Origin: a virus
Lineage: Duplodnaviria; Caudoviricetes
Length of the DNA: 61,094 bases
IMG/VR virus record: IMGVR_UViG_3300020570_000012
Coordinates: 1 to 61,094 of that record
Reading direction: 5' to 3' (one strand)
Made by a program: the position numbers and the translations under genes. The notes beneath the pieces were generated by a model, which saw nothing but the letters and a program-made list of their open reading frames with translations, had not been told where the DNA came from and ran no database searches. Positions 30,895 to 38,596 of the stretch are shown in pieces; positions within the stretch are counted from its first letter, which is position 1; each line of letters begins with the position of its first letter.

Positions 30895-31049
30895 TTGGGG
30901 ATCTCTTCGTATCTTAGGTCTTCAAGACTATAATCAGTTTTCATAATACCGACCATATTACGAAGAGTCTTCCAAGTTACATCAAATTCTCTTTCATCGA
31001 CAGAGTGAAATAAACACTTATCTTTTGCATAGATATCGTATTTTTTCAT
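30891..31049 (-). CDS. Small hypothetical protein (52 aa)
   Basis: MKKYDIYAKDKCLFHSVDEREFDVTWKTLRNMVGIMKTDYSLEDLRYEEIPN, translated by hand. Confidence 0.7.
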   Translation of the reverse strand: MKKYDIYAKDKCLFHSVDEREFDVTWKTLRNMVGIMKTDYSLEDLRYEEIPN

Positions 31050-31219
31050 TCACTTTCCTCTGAAAGAATAATATCATTACCATCTAAATTAAAGGTAATT
31101 TCTGTGTCCTCATACCAGGATAATTCGTTGATCATCCATTCTGGTATTTTAACCGAATATTCACCTGTAATTGGATCAACCTCTATGGGGCGTTTTTCCT
31201 CTCCGGATTTTTTTCTCAT
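31046..31219 (-). CDS. AbrB/MazE-like small DNA-binding protein (57 aa)
   Basis: EVDPITGEYSVKIPEWMINELSWYEDTEITFNLDGNDIILS fits the swapped-hairpin pattern. Confidence 0.6.
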   Translation of the reverse strand: MRKKSGEEKRPIEVDPITGEYSVKIPEWMINELSWYEDTEITFNLDGNDIILSEESE

Positions 31220-31250
31220 TCTCTGGATTATATTTTTGAATTATATATGA

Positions 31251-32003
31251 TTATTCAATAATTAAGTTCCAAATCATTGTTTTTTTACATCTAGAACTTG
31301 CAAGATTTGAAGCGATACGACTTACGGTTCTATTTTTATTTTTCATTCTCATATTTACAAAGTCATAATTCTCTTTTACCCATTCTCTAAGATTATATCC
31401 TTCCCATTCCTTTCCACTTAGAGTGTCTATGATTTTATAATATTTTTTATTTCCTTCTGATGCATTATCAAATCTGCTGATCCACCTCAGATTTTTGTAA
31501 TGATTGTTTTTCTTATTCTGATCAATATGATCTATTTCAGTATAATTTTGAGGATTTGGTATAAAGGTTTCTGCAACTAATTGATGAATACTTCTTTTAA
31601 TTTGTTTATAGTTTCCATTCTCATCATATATTGAAATGTTTATACATTCATAACGTAATTCTGGATATTTTGGATGTCCTCTAAAAGCAGGTTTTAGATA
31701 AATTAAACCATATTCATTTACTTTACCGTATTTTCCAGTTCGATCATATTTTCCAGGTTTGCGATATGCTCTACCATCTTCTGTAATATAATAACCAGGA
31801 TACTGAGTTTCCTTCATATCCTCAGGAATTTTTATTTCTGGATAATTATAAGTCACTTTTTCTTTTGGTTTACCTATGGGAATATTCCAATTTTCTCTTG
31901 GTTTTTTCAAGTAAACCCATTTTCCATCTTTTTTGATGAATTGTGCGCCTTGCTTATTTGTTTTAATTGTTCCTTCTGGAAGTTTCTGTTTTCCCATGAT
32001 CAA
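31251..32003 (-). CDS. HNH homing endonuclease
   Basis: IHQLVAETFIPNP...IDHIDQNKKNNHYKNLRWIS; NUMOD4-like YPGYYITEDG upstream. Confidence 0.88.
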   Translation of the reverse strand: MIMGKQKLPEGTIKTNKQGAQFIKKDGKWVYLKKPRENWNIPIGKPKEKVTYNYPEIKIPEDMKETQYPGYYITEDGRAYRKPGKYDRTGKYGKVNEYGLIYLKPAFRGHPKYPELRYECINISIYDENGNYKQIKRSIHQLVAETFIPNPQNYTEIDHIDQNKKNNHYKNLRWISRFDNASEGNKKYYKIIDTLSGKEWEGYNLREWVKENYDFVNMRMKNKNRTVSRIASNLASSRCKKTMIWNLIIE

Positions 32004-32224
32004 CCTTGTACTGATAAATTTTTTGCGAAAAATTTTTTGATTTTGAATGTATTTGAATTTATGATTTTGAAATGCCTTTATGATTTATCGCGCTTTCGTA
32101 ACACTTTGTAGACTCAGGGATCCATTGCGATTTAGAACGACCCCCCCCCTTATACCCCATCACGCGCCGCGCCCGACCCCCGCACCCCGCGGGGGACCTG
32201 CATCCTCACGAACGCAGAGGGGGG

Positions 32225-32398
32225 TCACCCCCGCCCTGCGTGTGCCTCAGAGTACTGGGCGGCGATGGCGGTAGCGGGCACTCCCCAATGGATGTACTGA
32301 GAGGGGCGGGATCCGTTCTTCAGTTGATCAGCGCGGGAGATCCACTTGATCTGGCGGGTCTGGAGGTCAGAGCACATGGCAAGGGGGAAGCGGGTCAT
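32225..32398 (-). CDS. Early-region small hypothetical protein
   Basis: Probable start MTRFPLAMC, just downstream of its own TACAAT box. Confidence 0.65.
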   Translation of the reverse strand: MTRFPLAMCSDLQTRQIKWISRADQLKNGSRPSQYIHWGVPATAIAAQYSEAHAGRG

Positions 32399-32448
32399 CG
32401 GTCTGAGGTGTGAACTGAGAGAATTGTAGAGCACGAAGGGGGCAGGGG

Positions 32449-32637
32449 TCAATACCCCAGCCACGAAAGGAACTCACCCGCATCCACGGGACCGAATCGG
32501 GCGGTCACCCCATAGTCGGTTCGGAAGTCATCCCACAGACCATGATCCTTTGCTGCCTGGCAGGCGGCGGACCAGCGGATGCACCCGTTCTCATCGGCGC
32601 AGTTCCAAACGATGGCGGGGAAGGTGGAGCAGTGCAT
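32449..32637 (-). CDS. Early small hypothetical protein
   Basis: 62 aa; own repeat promoter; ends FLSWLGY. Confidence 0.7.
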   Translation of the reverse strand: MHCSTFPAIVWNCADENGCIRWSAACQAAKDHGLWDDFRTDYGVTARFGPVDAGEFLSWLGY

Positions 32638-32669
32638 GGGGTTGTCTGAACTGAGAGTATTGTAGCAGA

Positions 32670-33005
32670 TCAGGGGTTGAAGCGGTCGGCGTAGACCTGT
32701 TCCAGGCGGTATGCTTCGGATTCGCGGGAGTCGCTGTCCAGGTTGCCCTCCAGAGTTTGGCGGCAGTGGATCAGTTCGTGAATCAGGGTCACCACGTATT
32801 CAGAGCGGGGCAGGTTGCGCTCCACTTCCACCAGGAACTCCAGGTCATCCTCCTGCTGCTGCCATCCTACCACACCCTCAGAGGTCAGGCGCTTATGATG
32901 AACCGTGATCGCCGCGGCCCCCAGCAGCGGTTCCTGATCAAGCATGAAGCGGTAGATCTGCTGTGCCAGGCGGGGGCGTTGCTTCTGTCCTGAGGTGAGC
33001 AGCAT
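32670..33005 (-). CDS. HEXXH zincin-like small protein
   Basis: TLIHELIHCRQ...RESEAY. Confidence 0.65.
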   Translation of the reverse strand: MLLTSGQKQRPRLAQQIYRFMLDQEPLLGAAAITVHHKRLTSEGVVGWQQQEDDLEFLVEVERNLPRSEYVVTLIHELIHCRQTLEGNLDSDSRESEAYRLEQVYADRFNP

Positions 33006-33044
33006 GGGTCCGTTGCGGTTGAGAGTATTGTAGCAGGTCGCGGG

Positions 33045-33212
33045 TCAGTACCCGTTCAGGAAGTCTGCCAGTGCCTCACGGTACTCTGCCTCCGTCTCAA
33101 AGGTGCGGGCACCGATCGTGCGGGGGTAGGTTGCCTTCGGAGCAGGAGCGTTGCTGGGCTCCTTACCCTGAGAGCGGATCTGCTGAGCGTAGGGGTTGGA
33201 AGCGATGGTCAT
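33045..33212 (-). CDS. Early small hypothetical protein (55 aa)
   Basis: MTIASNPYAQQIRSQGKEP...TFETEAEYREALADFLNGY, translated by hand; own promoter. Confidence 0.7.
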   Translation of the reverse strand: MTIASNPYAQQIRSQGKEPSNAPAPKATYPRTIGARTFETEAEYREALADFLNGY

Positions 33213-33282
33213 GAGTCGTTTCGTTTGAACTGAAGTCAGTATAGGGCCAGGATGGGGCAGATCGCCGCGGCCAGTGGACAGT

Positions 33283-33513
33283 TCAGCGGGCGTCCCTTTC
33301 CTCTTGCGTCACCCCACCGTTCCACCCCTGATCCTCCAGGTAGTATTGCAGTTCATAGGATGATGGGGAGAATCCAGGACGGCGGAGCATCTCAGCGATC
33401 ACAGCATCATGGCAGGCATCATTGCCAGAGCAGTTGGCGCGGTTCTCCAGATCCTCCAGTTGCATGTCGGTCAGTTGGGAGAGCAGGTCAGGGTTGGTGC
33501 CGAAGTCGATCAT
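33283..33513 (-). CDS. Early small acidic hypothetical protein
   Basis: 76 aa; own repeat promoter. Confidence 0.65.
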   Translation of the reverse strand: MIDFGTNPDLLSQLTDMQLEDLENRANCSGNDACHDAVIAEMLRRPGFSPSSYELQYYLEDQGWNGGVTQEERDAR

Positions 33514-33545
33514 GGGTCCGTTGCTGTTGAGAGTATTGTAGCAGA

Positions 33546-33719
33546 TCAGCGGTTCGAACCGCGCTCAAATCCGTTGATAAAGGACTGGAGCATCGTGGCG
33601 CCCAACTCCTGCCAGAACTGGCGGTCGGTGGCAATGTCTGCCGCGGCCTTTACCCAATCCTGCGGGGTTGCCTCAGCAATGGCGCGTTGCTCATCAGGGG
33701 TGAGATCGAAGCGGGTCAT
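33546..33719 (-). CDS. Early small hypothetical protein (57 aa)
   Basis: MTRFDLTPDEQRAIAEATPQDW...; flanked on both sides by GAGAGTATTGTAGCAGATCA. Confidence 0.7.
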   Translation of the reverse strand: MTRFDLTPDEQRAIAEATPQDWVKAAADIATDRQFWQELGATMLQSFINGFERGSNR

Positions 33720-33755
33720 CAGAGTGCCTTGCGGTTGTGAGAGTATTGTAGCAGA

Positions 33756-33965
33756 TCAGTTGGCGAACCATGCCTCATGGGCAAGGTCGGATGCCAGTTC
33801 TTCCAGGTTGTCAGCGGTCACCCGCTCAACATAGAAGTCCAGGTGATCAGGATCCAGGCGGTCCAATCCGCACCCGTAGAGATCCTGTGCCTGTGCCTCT
33901 GCCAGGTCGATCAGTTCCTCTGCCAGTTGGCGGCGGATCTCAAGGGCGTCGATGGGGCAGGTCAT
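33756..33965 (-). CDS. Early small acidic hypothetical protein
   Basis: Probable start MTCPIDAL after a TATACT box. Confidence 0.65.
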   Translation of the reverse strand: MTCPIDALEIRRQLAEELIDLAEAQAQDLYGCGLDRLDPDHLDFYVERVTADNLEELASDLAHEAWFAN

Positions 33966-34033
33966 GGGTCGTTTGCTGATGAGATCAGTATAGAGGCAAA
34001 AGGGAAGGGTCGTCCCCCTCCGTTGTGCCACTA

Positions 34034-34201
34034 TCAGAATTGGACTTCGCTCAGGGTCGGGGCGCTGATGGCGGCATAATGGGCAGCAGCGTCAGCGATG
34101 TTCTCCTGCTCCACTGAATCGGTGATAGAGTCCAGGATGCTCAGCAGTTCGGCACCGTTGGCGGCGCGGTTCAGCAGGGCAGCAGCAAGGTCAGCGGTCA
34201 T
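34034..34201 (-). CDS. Early small hypothetical protein
   Basis: MTADLAAALLNRAANGAELLSILDSI. Confidence 0.65.
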   Translation of the reverse strand: MTADLAAALLNRAANGAELLSILDSITDSVEQENIADAAAHYAAISAPTLSEVQF

Positions 34202-34239
34202 GATGGAAGGAAGGTAGAAGGTCAAAGGGTGGGGGAGAA

Positions 34240-34416
34240 TCAGGCAGCGATCAGCAGGTCATTCTCCCAGCGGGCGGCGCTCAGGATCTCATCATAGATT
34301 CGATCCGCGACCTGATCAACGTAGCGGCGCTCATCTGCTTTCATGATCGCTGCTTTGCACTGGGCGGCGATCTCATCGATGCTGAGGGCGCGATCGGTGG
34401 CAGGGTTGTAGCGCAT
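34240..34416 (-). CDS. Early small hypothetical protein (58 aa)
   Basis: MRYNPATDRALSIDEIAAQC...WENDLLIAA, translated by hand; own promoter. Confidence 0.65.
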   Translation of the reverse strand: MRYNPATDRALSIDEIAAQCKAAIMKADERRYVDQVADRIYDEILSAARWENDLLIAA

Positions 34417-34484
34417 GGTTCGGTTGAGTGAACTGAGAGAATTATAGAGCAGTTTAGGGTCGGTGCTCAGGACCTTGTGCCAGT

Positions 34485-34712
34485 TTAGAGGTCGTCCATC
34501 ATCTCACAGATCTCCAGACCGTCGATCACGGGATCATCCCAGCGGCAGCCGTCTGGGGTCTCCTTGCTGCCACACTCCCAGAGTTGGGCTACCAGGTCCT
34601 GGTAGTTGCGGCAGCGGCGAGCGGCATGGTAGATGCTCTCATCGTTCTGAATCCAGAGGGCGACGTTCCAGGTCTCCCAGTTTGCCCATCCGTTGAAGGT
34701 TGCGGTGCTCAT
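34485..34712 (-). CDS. Conserved phage early hypothetical protein
   Basis: NGWANWETWNVALWIQNDE...ETPDG motif, widespread in phages. Confidence 0.75.
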   Translation of the reverse strand: MSTATFNGWANWETWNVALWIQNDESIYHAARRCRNYQDLVAQLWECGSKETPDGCRWDDPVIDGLEICEMMDDL

Positions 34713-34745
34713 CGGTTTCGTTTGAACTGAAGTCAGTATAGAGGG

Positions 34746-34910
34746 TCAGCGGGCGATCAGGTCGGCAGCAGTGGACAGTGCGTCTGCTGTCACAACCCGC
34801 ACAGGGCGGATCGGTTCCCAGAGCAACCATAGCAGGGTGCCACCGATCACAAGGCGCAGCATGGTAGCACGGTGAAACTCAGGGGAACGGGAGCGGGTCA
34901 GGGTTCGCAT
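34746..34910 (-). CDS. Small membrane protein (54 aa)
   Basis: MRTLTRSRSPEFHRATMLRLVIGGTLLWLLWEPIRPVRVVTADALSTAADLIAR, translated by hand. Confidence 0.6.
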   Translation of the reverse strand: MRTLTRSRSPEFHRATMLRLVIGGTLLWLLWEPIRPVRVVTADALSTAADLIAR

Positions 34911-35071
34911 CATCGTTCCAGTTGTGCCAGGGAGGACGGAGCGATGTGAGAGGGGGAACCACAGGAGCGGTAGAAGTCTACCATACGATCCGCCTCCTCT
35001 TTACTGGTGAACCACTGAGACCGCCACTCACAGGCATTGTAGGGGGTCTGGTAACGGACTTCGAAACGCAT
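34910..35071 (-). CDS. Early small hypothetical protein
   Basis: MRFEVRYQTPYNACEWRSQWF...MVDFYRSCGSP. Confidence 0.7.
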   Translation of the reverse strand: MRFEVRYQTPYNACEWRSQWFTSKEEADRMVDFYRSCGSPSHIAPSSLAQLER

Positions 35072-35112
35072 TGGGGTCGTTTGAACTGAGGTCATTCTAA
35101 GGGCAGCGCCGC

Positions 35113-35277
35113 TCAGTGGCGGTCGCTGATGTGCCAGTTGGTGGATTGGACCTGAGGGGGAGCGATCTCATCACGGCGCACCGCCTGGCGGTATGCTTCC
35201 TCTGCTGCCACCTTAGCGGTGTACTCTGCCATCACGCTGGCGATCAGTTCGTCGTGAGTCATCTTGGTTTGTTTCAT
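35113..35277 (-). CDS. Early small hypothetical protein
   Basis: Start at 35277 or 35262; ends NWHISDRH. Confidence 0.65.
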   Translation of the reverse strand: MKQTKMTHDELIASVMAEYTAKVAAEEAYRQAVRRDEIAPPQVQSTNWHISDRH

Positions 35278-35382
35278 GAGATCAGTATAGGGCATCAGGG
35301 GGGCAGTGGGCGGTTTGGTGGACGGTTCGGGAACTGGCACAGGGTGCCTTGCTGGGGGTCGCTGGGGCCCTATACTGAGGTC

Positions 35383-35445
35383 ACAAGCGAAGGAGGGGCG
35401 GGGTAGCCCTGAGGACGAAAAAGGTCGTCACGGGGGCAGCCTTGA
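35383..35445 (+). ncRNA. Candidate structured small RNA, copy 1
   Basis: GAGGGGC-GGGGTA-GCCCT-GAG-GACGA-AAAAGG-TCGTC-AC; + strand TATACT at 35371-35376; paralog at 38607 with a compensatory pair; strand not certain. Confidence 0.45.
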
Positions 35446-35463
35446 AATAATAGAAAAAAGAAA

Positions 35464-35497
35464 GTATAAAAAAAGGGGGCGGATGTTGCCCCCTTAG
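35464..35497 (-). terminator. Rho-independent terminator
   Basis: Minus strand AAGGGGGC-AACATCC-GCCCCCTT followed by a T run, downstream of the 35505 ORF. Confidence 0.8.
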
Positions 35498-35504
35498 GTT
35501 AATC

Positions 35505-36071
35505 TCAGTTCAGCGAAAGTTCATCCAGGTTGCTGATGCTGATGGTGCTGAACTCTTGCAGAACCTTTACATCGTTAATGTCAAAGTACAGGTCCACTGC
35601 TTCAACAATGCCGTTGTATTGTGCCTGCAAAACGTGGTTAATCTTGGTGCGTTCTTTGGCACTCACAACATCATCGAATCCCTGAACTTCGCCTGCTTTG
35701 TTGAAGCGGGGTGCCACACGGGGAAGCACACTCACAAACAACACTTTTTCCATTTGAATGTTAGGAGCGAACATCAAACGTGCCGCTTCGCCTACACTGG
35801 TGTTAGCGTAGTTTTTAATATTTTTGTTGATGTTGCTGTTAAGTGCTTTTCCAAGAATAGCAACCTTAAGTTCACCATTAACAAACCCAGCAATATCAAT
35901 GTCAAAGGTGCCACCGAAACCATCAACGGGAAGTTGGTATTCATACTGCCAGGTATATTCTGCCCAATCAGGATTTGCATTCAGAACCTCATCCAGCAGC
36001 ACTTTATGAAACTCATCAGTACGCTTGGAAGAACGAACGTTCTGAAAGGAAGTCTCGAGGAAGGTTTCCAT
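35505..36071 (-). CDS. PD-(D/E)xK restriction-endonuclease-like protein
   Basis: FDIDIAGF...KVAILGK...SNINKNIKNY...GE resembles a type II REase core; probable start METFLE. Confidence 0.5.
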   Translation of the reverse strand: METFLETSFQNVRSSKRTDEFHKVLLDEVLNANPDWAEYTWQYEYQLPVDGFGGTFDIDIAGFVNGELKVAILGKALNSNINKNIKNYANTSVGEAARLMFAPNIQMEKVLFVSVLPRVAPRFNKAGEVQGFDDVVSAKERTKINHVLQAQYNGIVEAVDLYFDINDVKVLQEFSTISISNLDELSLN

Positions 36072-36171
36072 GTTAAGTGAAGAGAATTGTTTGTGGGGGG
36101 TCGGTTTCCTTCCCCCCGATGACATTAGTATGGCAGAGGGTGGGGGTCACCGCAAGGGGGTGTGTGCCACT

Positions 36172-37071
36172 TCAACGATTGGCACACTGAAAGCGTCCGC
36201 TGTTGAAGTTAGCGTTAGAAAAGACCTCACGATTGACCAGTTTGAACATACCAAACTGATTCACCAGAACGTAACCCTCAGAGTCGATTCTGTTGCCGTA
36301 GAGATAAGCGGCAGGACCATCATTGCGGCAGATGAACAAACAGTCATCTTTGATAGACTTCACCAATTCCCACAAACGCAGCAGGTTAGCATCACAATCG
36401 AAATCCTCAGGGTTGATCTCTTCACCAGCACGAATGCAGGCGTTGATCTGTTGTTTGATCTTTGCTGCCTCTTTATCACTCACGAACTGTGCAGTGGTTG
36501 CCATTTGACGGGCGAACTTACACACCTCTTCAACATCAGCGAACGAATCCTGATTGTGCAGGATGTATGCATTCGGTTTCACGAACTTCACCGTTTCAGT
36601 ATCAGTCCAGGTGCTACGGTCAGGGAATGCCTGAGCATCACGAAGATCACTCTCAGCATAATAGCAAGTGTGAGGGGCGATGATAATTTTCTGGGAAACT
36701 ACATCGGGGAACTGATACGTAATGGTGTTGGATTTGTATTCAGTATCACCACCGAACCCGATGAAGTCTGCCTGATAAATTGTCTCAAAGCGGGGCAGAT
36801 AATCAAAGCACGAATGCAGAATGTCTGCCACGTTGCCTTCATAGTGTTGATCAATCTCATCGTGAGAGTGAGCAATACGAATCTTCTTTTTGTTGAATAC
36901 TGCTTTCGTGCCCACGAAGAATGTACCCGTTGCAGGATCAATCCCCCACACAATTGCAGGGGCGCCATCAATCTTGACGCTCAGATTGCCAGGCGTCACG
37001 AACCAATCCAGGACAGAAAGATCACCCGTGAGGATGGTATCTTCGGGGTGCTCGAGGTGTGTGTTTTTCAT
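36172..37071 (-). CDS. DUF6267-like protein with ligase-type nucleotidyltransferase motifs
   Basis: HLEHPED, SVKIDGAPAIVWG (KxDG), YQADF, EGYV, FKLVNR; probable start MKNTH. Confidence 0.7.
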   Translation of the reverse strand: MKNTHLEHPEDTILTGDLSVLDWFVTPGNLSVKIDGAPAIVWGIDPATGTFFVGTKAVFNKKKIRIAHSHDEIDQHYEGNVADILHSCFDYLPRFETIYQADFIGFGGDTEYKSNTITYQFPDVVSQKIIIAPHTCYYAESDLRDAQAFPDRSTWTDTETVKFVKPNAYILHNQDSFADVEEVCKFARQMATTAQFVSDKEAAKIKQQINACIRAGEEINPEDFDCDANLLRLWELVKSIKDDCLFICRNDGPAAYLYGNRIDSEGYVLVNQFGMFKLVNREVFSNANFNSGRFQCANR

Positions 37072-37153
37072 GCTGTTAGTATGGCACGGAATCGGGGGGT
37101 CTGGGCGGTTTGGTGGACACTTGCCCAACTGGCACAGGGCGGCCGCTTCATGG

Positions 37154-37181
37154 TATAAAAAAGGGGGGCACGAATGCCCCC
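37154..37181 (-). terminator. Rho-independent terminator
   Basis: Minus strand GGGGGCA-TTCG-TGCCCCC then CTTTTTTATA. Confidence 0.85.
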
Positions 37182-37188
37182 GAATTCT

Positions 37189-37536
37189 TTATGCAAACAT
37201 GAACCCATCTTTGAATTCATACTCATTGTAAACAGGCGAAGTTCCCGCCTGTCCAACGAACTTATGAACGAACCAATTCCAGTTGCGTTGAAATACACAT
37301 TCGCCCTTGATTCCATGCTCTTGAAGAATCGCATTCAGGCGGGATTTGGTGGTGTTGGACTGATGCCCACCATCAAAGATCTGCACGAAATCATCACCAA
37401 TGGTGGCAATGTGGTTGCCGTAAAGAAACACTTTCGACTCGTTAGTTTCAGAATCGAATTGAACAGAAGTGTTGTCTTTTTGCCAGTTCTGATTGTTCAG
37501 AATGGCGGCGTTCATTTCACGTTCGATCTTACGCAT
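37189..37536 (-). CDS. Conserved phage early protein
   Basis: MRKIEREMNAAI...LYGNHIATI...TTKSRLNAIL...VFQRNWNWF. Confidence 0.75.
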   Translation of the reverse strand: MRKIEREMNAAILNNQNWQKDNTSVQFDSETNESKVFLYGNHIATIGDDFVQIFDGGHQSNTTKSRLNAILQEHGIKGECVFQRNWNWFVHKFVGQAGTSPVYNEYEFKDGFMFA

Positions 37537-37607
37537 GGGTTGAATCGCGTTGACAAAGGTAGTATGGACCAGATCGGGGGGCATTGCAACCCCCCTTGTG
37601 CCACTTC

Positions 37608-37796
37608 TCAGACTGTCACATCCTCCAGCAGTTCGGGATTGTATTCTGTAACCTCAGCGATCAATTCTTCATCAGAATAGGACGAAAGATTGTCCCTCAA
37701 AGTATCATAAACGAAACACTCCATTGTTTTCATGTCCATCCCATCTAGAATCTGCTGAGCATAATCAGCGATGAGTTCTTCGCGGTTGATTGTCAT
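37608..37796 (-). CDS. Small acidic hypothetical protein
   Basis: MTINREELIADYAQQILDGMD...EYNPELLE. Confidence 0.7.
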   Translation of the reverse strand: MTINREELIADYAQQILDGMDMKTMECFVYDTLRDNLSSYSDEELIAEVTEYNPELLEDVTV

Positions 37797-37797
37797 T

Positions 37798-38064
37798 TCA
37801 GTTAGCGTAGAGTGGGAGTTTCTTACGGAGACTGATTGCATCGTCAATCATCTCACCAACCTGTTCGTAAATGTAGGACGAACCACCTACATCAGCGAGC
37901 ACATCTTGCGTGAAGAGTGAAGAAAAATACACTTCCTGTTCGTCTTCATCATTCTCAAACACATCATGTTGAGTGAACACGAATGCAGCACAGGGAGCGT
38001 TCTCACCTTGACTCTCAATCATTGAGTTGATAGAGTCACGAAGTTCAGAAAGTGTGCGGAACAT
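37798..38064 (-). CDS. Small hypothetical protein
   Basis: 88 aa; IESQGENAPCAAFVFTQHDV. Confidence 0.7.
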   Translation of the reverse strand: MFRTLSELRDSINSMIESQGENAPCAAFVFTQHDVFENDEDEQEVYFSSLFTQDVLADVGGSSYIYEQVGEMIDDAISLRKKLPLYAN

Positions 38065-38192
38065 CAGTAATCGTAGTTTGCGTTCAGGTACTCATTGAGA
38101 TCGAACTTCTCACCTTCACGAAGTTCGGGAATGTCCAGGTCGAAAATCTCACCTGGCATGTCTTGAATCTCTTGCCAGAGTTCATCAAACAT
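38064..38192 (-). CDS. Acidic micro-protein (42 aa)
   Basis: MFDELWQEIQDMPGEIFDLDIPELREGEKFDLNEYLNANYDY; TGATG overlap with next gene; palindrome promoter upstream. Confidence 0.7.
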   Translation of the reverse strand: MFDELWQEIQDMPGEIFDLDIPELREGEKFDLNEYLNANYDY

Positions 38193-38271
38193 GGTTTGTC
38201 TCTCAGGAACGAATGTAATTTATCAGGGGGAAGATCGGATTTCAACCGATCTTGTGCCACTTGCTCAACCG

Positions 38272-38475
38272 TCACACCTCACTCATAACTTTAAGACGAC
38301 GCATGATATCATAAATTTCCATATCATCCATATCGACTTCGTTCATATCAACGGGAGCGAATTCTTCGAGGTTAATATTACCATTTGCATAGATCGGAGC
38401 ATAATACAACTCATCACCATCTTCCTGACTCAAAGTATACACACAACCGTGATTGGTGGAAGTGAGAAAAATCAT
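38272..38475 (-). CDS. Small acidic hypothetical protein
   Basis: Probable start MIFLTSTNHGCVY. Confidence 0.65.
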   Translation of the reverse strand: MIFLTSTNHGCVYTLSQEDGDELYYAPIYANGNINLEEFAPVDMNEVDMDDMEIYDIMRRLKVMSEV

Positions 38476-38596
38476 CGGAAATCTCAGGAACGAAACCAAC
38501 ATAACCCGCCACGTGGCAGATCACAACCCCCCTTGTGCCAGTTCTAGAACTGTCCACTAGATGCCCCACCAGGTCCGCTGCCGTGCTATCTTATAA

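Larger units (their letters stand above)
32410..35290 (-). repeat. Dispersed family of promoter/leader repeats separating single small ORFs
   Basis: On +: GAGAGTATTGTAGCAG at 32653, 33021, 33529, 33739; GAACTGAGAGAATT(G/A)TAGAGC at about 32412 and 34430; GAACTGAAGTCAGTATAG at about 33227 and 34724; ATGAGATCAGTATAG at 33979 and 35276. Each contains a minus-strand -10 box (TACAAT/TATACT/TATAAT). Confidence 0.85.

Noticed and set aside
33549-33563. GGTTCGAACC resembling a tRNA T-loop
   Set aside because: Lies in a coding cassette end with no cloverleaf context
32410-35290. Direct repeats as a CRISPR array
   Set aside because: Intervening segments are 170-350 bp intact ORFs, repeats are heterogeneous and promoter-like, and no cas genes are present
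35405-35430. CTGAGGA-C-GAAA (and CTGCTGA-C-GAAA at about 38623) resembling a hammerhead ribozyme core
   Set aside because: No stem II between the motifs, no correctly placed UH cleavage triplet, and the GAAA is used by the alternative GACGA/TCGTC hairpin
36070-37680. Long + strand ORFs of 362 aa and 168 aa
   Set aside because: Exact antisense overlaps of motif-bearing minus-strand genes in GC-richer DNA, where stops are rarer
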